A DNA stretch of 64,000 nt from Anaerolineae bacterium (GCA_011174825.1 DUEZ01000065.1:4151-68150); one strand, 5' to 3'. Counted from the first letter of the stretch, positions 29,261 through 37,397 are shown. A program made the numbers and translations. The notes: generated by a model from the sequence alone, not told the origin.

Positions 29261-29905
29261 ATGTACATAGCCATTGAGGGTGTGATCGGCGTAGGAAAGA
29301 CCACCCTGGCACGTTTACTCCAACCGGTGTTCGACGCTATCTTACTCCTCGAAGTCTTCGAGGAGAATCCCTTCCTCTCCGACTTTTATGGCGATCGCAG
29401 TCGTTATGCTTTCCAAACGCAGATCTTCTTCCTGCTCAGTCGTTACCAACAACAATATGGCGTTGTTCCACAGGCTATCGCTAAGGGTAACCTGATTGCC
29501 GATTACACTTTTGATAAGGACGCCCTTTTCGCCAGGTTAAACCTTGTGGGCGATGAGCTAGCAACGTACACGCTCGTTCATGAGGCGTTAGCCGAACGAA
29601 TTCCCATCCCCGATTTGGTCGTTTACCTGAAAGTCGATACCGATATCGCCCTGCAGCGAATTGCGATGCGTGATCGATCTTACGAACGGCTCATTGAACG
29701 GTCATACATCGAGGATCTCAATCAAGCCTACGAGGCATACTTCTCGGATCAGAAGATCTATCCAGTCTTAAAGATTGACACGAATTCGCTTAACTACGTC
29801 ACGCAACGCAATCATTTGGAGCACGTCGCCAAGCGTATCCGTGCTGCACTCGGCATACCGCCCTTCCAACCTGAGCTGCCTCTCAGTGGAGGGCCTTCAT
29901 TGTGA
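29261..29905 (+). CDS. Deoxynucleoside kinase (dAK/dGK/dCK family)
   Basis: It has the P-loop IEGVIGVGKTTL, then ENPFLSDFY, then the FQTQIFFLLSR motif and the DRS region characteristic of dNK-family kinases. Confidence 0.85.
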   Translation: MYIAIEGVIGVGKTTLARLLQPVFDAILLLEVFEENPFLSDFYGDRSRYAFQTQIFFLLSRYQQQYGVVPQAIAKGNLIADYTFDKDALFARLNLVGDELATYTLVHEALAERIPIPDLVVYLKVDTDIALQRIAMRDRSYERLIERSYIEDLNQAYEAYFSDQKIYPVLKIDTNSLNYVTQRNHLEHVAKRIRAALGIPPFQPELPLSGGPSL

Positions 29906-30894
29906 GGATCACACGCGAAACGCTGATCGAGTTGGCGCGACACGAAACAAAACAACGCGCTGCAATAGGGGACGTCATATCGGGTTATATCATCGGATCA
30001 GTGGCCAGGGATGAACCCGTATTGGGTGGAACAGCCGATATCGATCTGGTATTAATCCATCGAGGAAATCCCCCAAAAATACGTGAGATCGTTCGTCTTT
30101 CCCAGGACGTGCACCTGGATATCGCCCACCACCCACGAGATCTCTATTCTAAACCTCGGGAGTTGCGAGTTCACCCCTGGCTCGGACCTGCGATGTGTGA
30201 GCCCATATTTCTCTATGACCCTCAACATTTCTTCGAGTGGGCTCAAGCCGGCGCAAGAGGTCGCTTCTTTCGCCCTGATCACGTCTATGCTCGAGCGCGA
30301 GCCTTTCTAAAAATGTCACGTCAATCGGCATCGGTCCTAAAACTCTCCGACCGCTGGATAAAAACCTACACACGAGCCATGATGGAGGCGGCGAACGCCG
30401 TTGCGTGCCTGACGGGCTTTCCAGTTGCAGGAAGACGTATGGCCCTTGACCTTGAACAAGCCGTCAGTGATTTGGATCACCCAGAAGTATATGAAGGCTT
30501 CACCCGTCTACTTGGTGTTGAGGCGATCCAACCTAACGACACCTCCGAGTTGTTGTCTGCATGGACACGGGTCTTTGATCAAGCGAGCGAACTCAACTCC
30601 GAACCTGAATTGGCTCATTGTCGTCGATCCTATTATTTAAACGGTTTTCAAGCCCTGCTGGAAGCAGGGCGCCCTGATGCTGTTATCTGGACATTACTCA
30701 CGACCTGGGAGCGTTCCATCTATTCCCTGATATCTGCTGAACGAGCCGAACAGTTCCTGCCATTGTGGGAGAACACCTTAGAACGTCTGAGACTCACCTC
30801 TGCGCGATCCGATGCACGCAACGAAGAATTAGAGAGGTATTCAGATCTCGTTGAGGAAATCGTCGAGTTGTGGGCCGAACGAAATGGAGCCTAA
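29902..30894 (+). CDS. Nucleotidyltransferase-fold (Pol-beta-like NTase) protein with helical C-terminal domain, function unknown
   Basis: The GTG start overlaps the upstream stop (GTGA). The NTase signature is GYIIGSVARDEPVLGGTADIDLVLI (G-S...D-x-D). The C-terminal ~200 aa is helical, a KNTase-like layout. Confidence 0.6.
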   Translation: MRITRETLIELARHETKQRAAIGDVISGYIIGSVARDEPVLGGTADIDLVLIHRGNPPKIREIVRLSQDVHLDIAHHPRDLYSKPRELRVHPWLGPAMCEPIFLYDPQHFFEWAQAGARGRFFRPDHVYARARAFLKMSRQSASVLKLSDRWIKTYTRAMMEAANAVACLTGFPVAGRRMALDLEQAVSDLDHPEVYEGFTRLLGVEAIQPNDTSELLSAWTRVFDQASELNSEPELAHCRRSYYLNGFQALLEAGRPDAVIWTLLTTWERSIYSLISAERAEQFLPLWENTLERLRLTSARSDARNEELERYSDLVEEIVELWAERNGA

Positions 30895-30916
30895 ATAGAC
30901 GCTGGAGTAAAGAGCC

Positions 30917-31588
30917 ATGAAGAAGTTTGTCGCAGTCGCAGGAAACATCGGTGTAGGAAAATCTTCCCTCGTAGAATTGCTCTCCGCGCGATTGGGTTGG
31001 GAGCCATTCTATGAACCGGTAGGCGAAAACCCTTACCTCGCTGACTTCTACAAAGACATGCGCGCCTGGTCGTTTCAATCACAAATCTTCTTCCTCTCCC
31101 GAAGGCTGCGGGCTCACCGACAACTATTAGACCATCCCACTTCAGCCATTCAGGACCGCAGTGTCTACGAGGATGCAGAGATCTTCGCCTACAATCTGTA
31201 CCTACAAAAACACATGACCGAGCGGGACCACCAAACCTATCGTGAACTCTATCAAGTGCTCAGCCAATTTTTACCTCCACCTGACCTTGTCGTCTATTTA
31301 CGCGCAACCGTTGATACCCTGGTTCAACGCATCGCCAATCGAGGCCGCGATTACGAACAACTGATTGAGCGCGAGTATTTAACCCGCTTGAACTCCCTCT
31401 ACAAATCTTGGATCGAGAATTTCACCCTCTGCCCCGTGCTCACCGTTCCAGCTGATGATCTCAACTATGTCGCCTACGATAGCCATCTAGACCTGATCGT
31501 CTCAAAAATTCAAGAAAAACTCGCCGGTAAAGAGGAGGTCATTTTCGAAGACGCTGAAGTCGCTCACGTCAACAACCTTTCTTCCTAA
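30917..31588 (+). CDS. Deoxynucleoside kinase (second paralog)
   Basis: It has the P-loop AGNIGVGKSSL, ENPYLADFY, FQSQIFFLSRR and DRS. Confidence 0.85.
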   Translation: MKKFVAVAGNIGVGKSSLVELLSARLGWEPFYEPVGENPYLADFYKDMRAWSFQSQIFFLSRRLRAHRQLLDHPTSAIQDRSVYEDAEIFAYNLYLQKHMTERDHQTYRELYQVLSQFLPPPDLVVYLRATVDTLVQRIANRGRDYEQLIEREYLTRLNSLYKSWIENFTLCPVLTVPADDLNYVAYDSHLDLIVSKIQEKLAGKEEVIFEDAEVAHVNNLSS

Positions 31589-31770
31589 TAGCGGACACAC
31601 CTTACTTCGTTGGTGTAACTACCCAGTGGCGTAGATGTGGGGGTTGTACATCTACCAAACAAAACCCCATTCCTCACCCTTTACGCGTGCGTTGCAACTT
31701 CTTTGGGATGGCTCCTGAATCCCCTAATCCGTGCTTCGCCTCATTGAATACTGTACCAGAATACTGTACA

Positions 31771-32094
31771 ATGCTTGTGAGAAAAGGTAACGTATCGGGC
31801 GACCACGTTTCCACCGCCAAGGGAGAAAGCCCGGTGACCGTCATCAAGGTTTCGTCTCAGTCTCGCACCTCGGCTGTCGCCGGTGCCATTGCAGGTGTGG
31901 TCCGGGAACATCGCCGAGCAGAGGTTCAAGCAATTGGCGCTGGTGCGGTCAACCAAGCTGTTAAGGCCGTCGCCATCGCACGCGGCTATCTTCAAGAAGA
32001 TGGCTTGGATGTTGTTTGCATCCCCGAGTTCACATCCGTGGAAATCGACGGAAAGGAACGCACCGCGATACGATTAGTCGTCGAGCCACGCTAA
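31771..32094 (+). CDS. spoVS: SpoVS-family protein (stage V sporulation protein S homolog)
   Basis: IKVSSQSRTSAVAGAIAGVVREHRRAEVQAIGAGAVNQAVKAVAIARGYLQEDGLDVVCIPEFTSVEIDGKERTAIRLVVEPR matches the highly conserved SpoVS sequence. The exact start is uncertain: ATG 31771 or a later GTG. Confidence 0.8.
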   Translation: MLVRKGNVSGDHVSTAKGESPVTVIKVSSQSRTSAVAGAIAGVVREHRRAEVQAIGAGAVNQAVKAVAIARGYLQEDGLDVVCIPEFTSVEIDGKERTAIRLVVEPR

Positions 32095-32175
32095 CGCCCC
32101 CCCTTTGGCATTCCAACACTCACGAGAACAAGAACCACTACGCACATCCCTATTGTTTACCATGACCACAAGAAA

Positions 32176-32205
32176 ACCTCAGGTCGCCCTGAGGTCAATT
32201 TTATT
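32176..32205 (+). terminator. Intrinsic terminator after spoVS
   Basis: An 8-bp stem (ACCTCAGG / CCTGAGGT) with a 4-nt loop, followed by CAATTTTATT. Confidence 0.6.
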
Positions 32206-32354
32206 ATCGTCGCTCTTGTTATGTTTCTTAACCTAGACTTCCGATGTCTTACCTTCTTTGAAGGTCAGGAATCATCCAGGAATTGTCAACGGCCCACAAC
32301 ACGAACCCAACATACCAGTGAATAGGATCGCAAACAACAGGTTTTGACGAATCA

Positions 32355-33470
32355 TTATCCGGGTATGATGGTGGGTAAATCGAGCAAATGATTCTCCATC
32401 GCTAATTGCACATTTGCATACTGATGAAGTGTGCGTAAGGTTCGCTCAGTGCTTCTTACAGCGTCAACCACCTGCTCCGTACTGACACTCGATGTGATAC
32501 GTTCGATGTCGGTTCTCCGGTCGTCGTTCTGCACAGAGGCCTCAGCCCCCAACGTGTTGATCATGATGTCACGCCATAGACTGAGCCAAGTCTCCAGCGT
32601 CTTAACCGCCCGGGCACGTACCTCCTGAGTGCTTTCATTCCTTGTTGGCCTATAATTAACCGCATAGTTGAATCGCTCAGCTCGGTTTTTCTCAAGCAGC
32701 GAGAACAGATCCTCGAGTAAAGCTTCTCGTTCCTCCATCCTTTCTGGGTCTTCCATCAGCTTCAACGCTAACCCGGGGCGTCCCGCAGATAATCCGGCCA
32801 ACAAACGAGCTCTCTCATCCGCTTCCCCAATCGAAACCAATCCCTTCTCAAGTTCCGACCGGGCCAGAGCTCGCAAGGGAATTACCTCACAACGTGAAAC
32901 AATGGTGGGCAACAGAGATTCAGCTGATCGCGCTGTAAGCAACATCACGACCTGAGGGGCGGGTTCCTCCAGCGTCTTGAGCAGTGCATTGGCCGCACTT
33001 TCACTGGCCTCCCAGAAACGTGGCAACAACGCCACCCGCCAACGGCCTTCATAGGGCGCTAAGGCTAATTGTCGTTGTAAGAGGCGGATCTGCTTCACTT
33101 TCACCATGCTGCTTACCTGTCTTGCCGTTTGCGAACCTCCTGCTCCCCCATAGGTCTGTTCTCCCCTTACCTCCACACCATTGGGGACATGCTCATCTCT
33201 GATGACCTCGTCAAGTTGCCCCACTTTGACCACATGCAGATCGGGATATTTCCCCTCGGGGATCTTGATACACGCACGACACTCACCGCAGTAGTCACCA
33301 GGAGATGGTGGCGCCTCGCAATTCAAAGCCTGCGCAAAACGCAACGCCAAGGTTCGCTTACCCACTGAGTCGGGGCCAATAAAAAGGTAAGCGTGCCGCA
33401 CGCTTTCAGACGCGATGTGGCTTCTCAACAGGTTCACAGCCCATTGGTGTCCAAGCATTCCCCAAGCCAT
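32355..33470 (-). CDS. holB: DNA polymerase III delta-prime subunit (clamp loader)
   Basis: It has HAYLFIGPDSVGKRTLALRFAQALNC followed by the zinc module C..C..C (CGECRAC), then SRC (VSRCEV). A ~40-aa Gly-rich insertion (..VPNGVEVRGEQTYGGAGGSQTARQ..) precedes the KVKQIR box. Confidence 0.8.
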   Translation of the reverse strand: MAWGMLGHQWAVNLLRSHIASESVRHAYLFIGPDSVGKRTLALRFAQALNCEAPPSPGDYCGECRACIKIPEGKYPDLHVVKVGQLDEVIRDEHVPNGVEVRGEQTYGGAGGSQTARQVSSMVKVKQIRLLQRQLALAPYEGRWRVALLPRFWEASESAANALLKTLEEPAPQVVMLLTARSAESLLPTIVSRCEVIPLRALARSELEKGLVSIGEADERARLLAGLSAGRPGLALKLMEDPERMEEREALLEDLFSLLEKNRAERFNYAVNYRPTRNESTQEVRARAVKTLETWLSLWRDIMINTLGAEASVQNDDRRTDIERITSSVSTEQVVDAVRSTERTLRTLHQYANVQLAMENHLLDLPTIIPG

Positions 33471-33507
33471 GGTCTGATTGTAGCCCAGTTGGCTGTCCGG
33501 TCACAAG

Positions 33508-33617
33508 AGGGAGAGGTGCCCGTTCCCTCTCCCCTGTAGGAAGATGGTTAGGGTGAGGGGAGGTTGACCGACGAAATCTACCCTCACCCCTGCCCTCTCC
33601 CTGGCAGGGAGAGGGTG
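33508..33617. repeat. CCCTCTCCC / GGGTGAGGG paired-hairpin intergenic repeat
   Basis: CCCTCTCCCCTGTAGGAAGATGGTTAGGGTGAGGGGA ... ACCCTCACCCCTGCCCTCTCCCTGGCAGGGAGAGGG. The architecture is the same as at 53695-53788. Confidence 0.65.
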
Positions 33618-33682
33618 AATACCATCCACCTTAAGTCACATGAGCCCACATTCCCCTCAGGGTATAATCACGTGTAGAAAAT

Positions 33683-34216
33683 ATGAGAGGAGGGTTCAAT
33701 GTGTACAAGCAATTCCTGAACCATCCAGTCCTTTTACGCGTCCGCCGCAATCACGGTCTTGAACACGCGACTATGCACGTCCTCTCCGAGCGATACCCGA
33801 ACTCTTCTTTTGTTGGTCGTTCCGATGGCAGGGGCTTCTATATATATGGGCAGGTTGCCACGGATGTTGTTCAATCATCCGTAAACGAGGCTCTAGATCG
33901 ATTGCGGAACGGTGAAAAATCCCTGGCGATCCACCCAACATGCGGGACCAACCTCGTAACAGCAGGGTTATTGGCCGCTACGGCTTCATTCCTCTCCCTT
34001 GGCGGAAACAAGGAAGAGGGTTGGCGCGAGAGACTGAGACGCTTACCGACAGCCATTGCTGCGACAACCGTTGCCCTCTTTCTCGCTCAGCCAATCGGTA
34101 GAGCCGTTCAACAATACGTGACGACGGAACCTAATCCAGGCTCCTTAGAGATTGTCGCGATCCATCCGATCCGAGGTGCCCGGGGTAACGTCCATCGCGT
34201 TCTTACAGCAAACTGA
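33683..34216 (+). CDS. Conserved hypothetical protein with RNHGLEHAT and HPTCGTN motifs and a hydrophobic segment
   Basis: The 177-aa ORF has a possible GTG start at 33701 behind AGGAGG. Codon usage is coding-like. I can assign no function. Confidence 0.5.
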   Translation: MRGGFNVYKQFLNHPVLLRVRRNHGLEHATMHVLSERYPNSSFVGRSDGRGFYIYGQVATDVVQSSVNEALDRLRNGEKSLAIHPTCGTNLVTAGLLAATASFLSLGGNKEEGWRERLRRLPTAIAATTVALFLAQPIGRAVQQYVTTEPNPGSLEIVAIHPIRGARGNVHRVLTAN

Positions 34217-34224
34217 TATGAGTG

Positions 34225-34338
34225 CACTGAAAAAAACCACCTTCGAGGAGTAGGAAGTGTTATATATGTGGGAGTGCGGGCGAAGTCCGTATCCCCACAT
34301 AGTCCGGTTCTATTCCCGCGGTGGACCCGTTTTCAGTG
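34225..34338. repeat. MITE-like nested-palindrome element, copy 2
   Basis: CACTGAAAAAAACC..GAGGAGTAGGAAG..TATATATGTGGGAGTGCGGG..CCCCACATA..CGTTTTCAGTG. It occupies the 5' extension of the ORF-track holA ORF. Confidence 0.65.
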
Positions 34339-34347
34339 GAGTCGGAT

Positions 34348-35355
34348 ATGGATCAACCGAAACCAACCGTCTACTTGATTTATGGGGACGACGAGTTCAC
34401 CATCGCACGCATTATCCATCAATTGCGGGAGAAGCTTGGAGACTCCACGGCAGCGGATATGAATGTCCAACGCTTCACAGCGATAGGTTTGGACATGGGA
34501 GCCCTGGAAGAAGCCTGTTCTGCGATTCCCTTTCTCTCAAACCGACGCTTGATCATCCTCGATAACGCAGAACACTTAACTCGGGGAAAATCCTGGAATG
34601 ATAACCAAAAGGAACGTTTCTTCAACTTCCTCGAAAACATGCACGAGACCACGGCCCTCGTTCTCATTGAACACGTCGACATCCAAAGCACAAAGAAGCT
34701 CGAGAACTATAAAACCCGATCGCCTTTCTTTCGATGGGCTGAACCCCTTCATCCACATAAAGCCTATCTCATTCCGTGTCCCACTCCAAAAGGAGGCGCG
34801 TTCCTGCATTGGATAATGGAGCATTGTAAGGACCTAGGCGGCGAGATTGAGCCTACTGCGGCGCATATGCTCGCTGAATTTGTCGCTGAGGACCCATTGC
34901 TGGCTGACCAAGAATTAAAGAAAATCCTTGATTACATCAACCGTGAACGTCCGATCGTTAGAGACGATGTTGAACGCCTGACCCCTTTCTACGGCCAAAG
35001 TAATGTCTTCGCCATGGTTGACGCCATAGGTCTTCGTCAAGGTAAGGATGCTCTGCATCATCTTTATCGATTGCTGGAGAATAGCGATCCTCATTACGCC
35101 TTTGCGATGATCGTGCGACAATTTCGCCTAATTCTTCAGGCACGAGAAGCGCTCGACAACGGAGAAAATCCTGAGCAGGTACTGCAATTACCGCGTTTCA
35201 TTGCCGATAAAATCAGCGCCCAGGCCCAAAATTTTTCGCTCACGGACCTCGAACGCATTTACCACAAACTGCTTGCGATAGACATAGCATCAAAAACGAG
35301 CCAAGCCTCTTACGATGTCGAACTTGATCGCTTCATCGCTGAGCTCGCGACTTAA
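34348..35355 (+). CDS. holA: DNA polymerase III delta subunit
   Basis: MDQPKPTVYLIYGDDEFTIAR... is a typical HolA N-terminus (YL.yGdd.f). I prefer the ATG at 34348 because 34321-34338 belongs to a repeat element. Confidence 0.8.
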   Translation: MDQPKPTVYLIYGDDEFTIARIIHQLREKLGDSTAADMNVQRFTAIGLDMGALEEACSAIPFLSNRRLIILDNAEHLTRGKSWNDNQKERFFNFLENMHETTALVLIEHVDIQSTKKLENYKTRSPFFRWAEPLHPHKAYLIPCPTPKGGAFLHWIMEHCKDLGGEIEPTAAHMLAEFVAEDPLLADQELKKILDYINRERPIVRDDVERLTPFYGQSNVFAMVDAIGLRQGKDALHHLYRLLENSDPHYAFAMIVRQFRLILQAREALDNGENPEQVLQLPRFIADKISAQAQNFSLTDLERIYHKLLAIDIASKTSQASYDVELDRFIAELAT

Positions 35356-35388
35356 TCACACACACCCGAAACTTTGATGCTGTACGAT

Positions 35389-35655
35389 TCAGCGAGCTGA
35401 AGCTGATCCATCACTTGATGCCACCCCCCGCTCTGTCATTCCCAACCAGAAATAATCCGGTTGTACAGTTTCACTCGTTCGCACATCAACACCTGTAACA
35501 GAACCAGGATGGTCCTCACCAGCCGTGGAGGGATGTATGACGCACAGGTTCGGTGAGCGACCATATTTGTCACGATAATAGATGGCCGCTCGTTCAATTC
35601 GGACCCCCAGGTCGAGCTGGAGATCCCCATCAAACCACAACATGCCGACTTTCAT
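35389..35655 (-). CDS. Hypothetical 88-aa protein, fourth gene of the SOS-box operon
   Basis: The ATG at 35655 lies behind GAGGAGGGG and overlaps the upstream stop (ATGA). The sequence is MKVGMLWFDGDLQLDLGVRIERAAIYYRDKYGRSPNLCVIHPS... Confidence 0.6.
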   Translation of the reverse strand: MKVGMLWFDGDLQLDLGVRIERAAIYYRDKYGRSPNLCVIHPSTAGEDHPGSVTGVDVRTSETVQPDYFWLGMTERGVASSDGSASAR

Positions 35656-35927
35656 CTTACCCCTCCTCGAGCGATGAGCACCTTTTCCAAATGCCAAGTT
35701 TCGCGTTCAATATCTTGAGAGAGCAGACAACGCATGCCGCTCGCTGTTCGCAGGCGGAAAAGCCTACGCCTCGTTACACCATTACGACGTGGCCTCGTCT
35801 CGGTATTGAATCTCTCAACGCTCCGTACACGGTGACGTCTTCCACGCCACGTGAACTCGGTGGGAAATATCCCAGAAGACATTGGGACAACTCTCACCAA
35901 TTCGCCATATTCGATGGTCGTCATCAA
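35652..35927 (-). CDS. Hypothetical ~90-aa Arg-rich protein, third gene of the SOS-box operon
   Basis: The start (TTG 35927 or ATG 35924) overlaps the upstream TGA, and GAGGAG lies upstream. The sequence is ..FPTEFTWRGRRHRVRSVERF...WHLEKVL. Confidence 0.6.
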   Translation of the reverse strand: MMTTIEYGELVRVVPMSSGIFPTEFTWRGRRHRVRSVERFNTETRPRRNGVTRRRLFRLRTASGMRCLLSQDIERETWHLEKVLIARGGVR

Positions 35928-36298
35928 CCCATCTCCTCATGCATCTCAAACTCGAACGTATCTACGAAAAAATACTTCCTTCGCTGGTCATCAGGATTCT
36001 TAACTTGTGAACAGAACATGTCCCCCGGATGATGCTCATCACTCTCGTTGATCAACCTGTGGGAATGTGTGACAATGACTTCATTCCGTGTTGAGACAAG
36101 GAACCTCCTCAATATCAACTTGATCAGCGATCCGAGTGATGCAATCAACAAGCCAGAAAGAACACCCAACAAGGCCGCTTCGAGATGAGCTTGAGAACTT
36201 GGAACGGCCTCGTACCATGTTCTGCTGCGTGCGATAAGATTTACAGCAAGCATGACTGCCACCAGGCAACTGAAGACACGAAGTATGAGAGCCGTCAT
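35924..36298 (-). CDS. Hypothetical 124-aa membrane protein (two predicted TM helices), second gene of the SOS-box operon
   Basis: The ATG at 36298 overlaps the stop of the ATPase gene (ATGA). The hydrophobic segments are ALILRVFSCLVAVMLAVNLIA and AALLGVLSGLLIASLGSLIKLIL. Confidence 0.6.
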   Translation of the reverse strand: MTALILRVFSCLVAVMLAVNLIARSRTWYEAVPSSQAHLEAALLGVLSGLLIASLGSLIKLILRRFLVSTRNEVIVTHSHRLINESDEHHPGDMFCSQVKNPDDQRRKYFFVDTFEFEMHEEMG

Positions 36299-37326
36299 TT
36301 TTCGAACTCAATCGCGGGCAACGGTGACATCCCAGTAGCACGCCAACCCGCAACGGCAAGCTTCGATGCCGTGTTCAGATCGCGTAAGCTCAACCATGCC
36401 ACGTCTGCGATGCTGACGTCAGCGTTCGAAGTGAACTGAAATCTGCCAACCGATGTCTTGCCCTTCAGAAATGCGTTCTCATCCGGCACCACCTCGACAA
36501 CCCCTCGATGATCGGCTAAATCACGCAAAGTCATAGGAAGAGGTGCCTGCGTGGCTACTAAGAAATGAACGCCTACATCAACACCAACCTGCCCAATGTG
36601 CTTTAACGCAGCAAGAGCATGTTCCTCCCGCTTGTCCGCAAGCCATCCCAAGTCATCAATCAGGAGGACCAAATGTGGGCTGGAAACACCTGCAACAAGC
36701 CTCCTACCGGCCTCCTCCGAAAGCCAGGTGAGGATTTCCTCCGCGAACTTAGGCTCAGTCGCCAGATCGGTCAATGCATGAGGCAGCGACTCGAGGACAG
36801 CCAATTCCCTCCCACCGATGTCAATCCCCAACATGCTCAATTGAGATCGACGACTGGTCAGGGCAAGGGACATCATCAGGGTGCGAATAAGCTCTGATTT
36901 ACCATACCCCTTTGGTGCATAGACGAGCAAATTCCATGTGGAGGGCTTGGTTAGATTAAAGAGCAGAGGCCGACCTTCAATGGACATACCAACTACTGCG
37001 GTCGATGCAGAAAGACCGGGCAAAGCATGCAGCAGGGGCAGCAACCTAAGTTCAGTCCCCTGTTGGAGAGGGACATCGATTGTTAACCCTTGCGATCGCT
37101 CCGCAATTCGCAAACCCGAGACCCCTATCGCCTCAGCCACCTCCTCGGCCACCTGAACGACCTTGTCTGCGCGTGTGCCAGACACTGGAGTGAGGTGGTA
37201 CCGAACCCAATGGCTGCCAACCTGACCACCCTGGACACGTGCCGGTAGATCTAACAAGGAAAGCACTCGTTCAATGCTATCCGCCTGCCGGTCAAGATAG
37301 GGACGCTGCAAGAAAGACTCACCCAC
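36295..37326 (-). CDS. Soluble FtsK/SpoIIIE-family motor-domain ATPase, no TM or gamma domain, atypical Walker A
   Basis: The GTG at 37326 lies behind GGAGGTG. The alpha/beta-domain pattern is (VQGGQVGSHWVRYHLTPVSGTRADKVVQVAEEVAEAIGVSGLRI..GLTIDVP). The P-loop is LLVYAPKGYGKSELIRT, where FtsK has GxTGSGKS. Walker B is HLVLLIDDLGWL, and VHFLVATQAP matches ..ATQRP. Confidence 0.75.
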   Translation of the reverse strand: MGESFLQRPYLDRQADSIERVLSLLDLPARVQGGQVGSHWVRYHLTPVSGTRADKVVQVAEEVAEAIGVSGLRIAERSQGLTIDVPLQQGTELRLLPLLHALPGLSASTAVVGMSIEGRPLLFNLTKPSTWNLLVYAPKGYGKSELIRTLMMSLALTSRRSQLSMLGIDIGGRELAVLESLPHALTDLATEPKFAEEILTWLSEEAGRRLVAGVSSPHLVLLIDDLGWLADKREEHALAALKHIGQVGVDVGVHFLVATQAPLPMTLRDLADHRGVVEVVPDENAFLKGKTSVGRFQFTSNADVSIADVAWLSLRDLNTASKLAVAGWRATGMSPLPAIEFEK

Positions 37327-37346
37327 TGTGCACCTCCATCAATGAT

Positions 37347-37397
37347 ATAGAATAGAACGTGTGTTCTATTCTATCAGAACATATGTTCTTTTGTCAA
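37347..37397 (-). promoter_or_regulatory. Promoter (TTGACA-N18-TAGAAT) with two GAAC-N4-GTTC LexA/Cheo-type palindromes
   Basis: The minus strand reads TTGACA AAAGAACATATGTTCTGA TAGAAT AGAACACACGTTCTATTCTAT. Box 2, AGAACATATGTTCT (37376-37389), sits in the spacer. Box 1 has 12+12 perfect arms (37347-37374) over the -10/+1 region. The GTG start is 21 nt downstream. Confidence 0.75.

Noticed and set aside
32355-33470. The ~40-aa Gly-rich insertion in HolB as a possible intein or mobile insertion
   Set aside because: It is far too short for an intein and lacks splicing motifs. It is more likely a lineage-specific loop. I have noted it in the feature evidence only.
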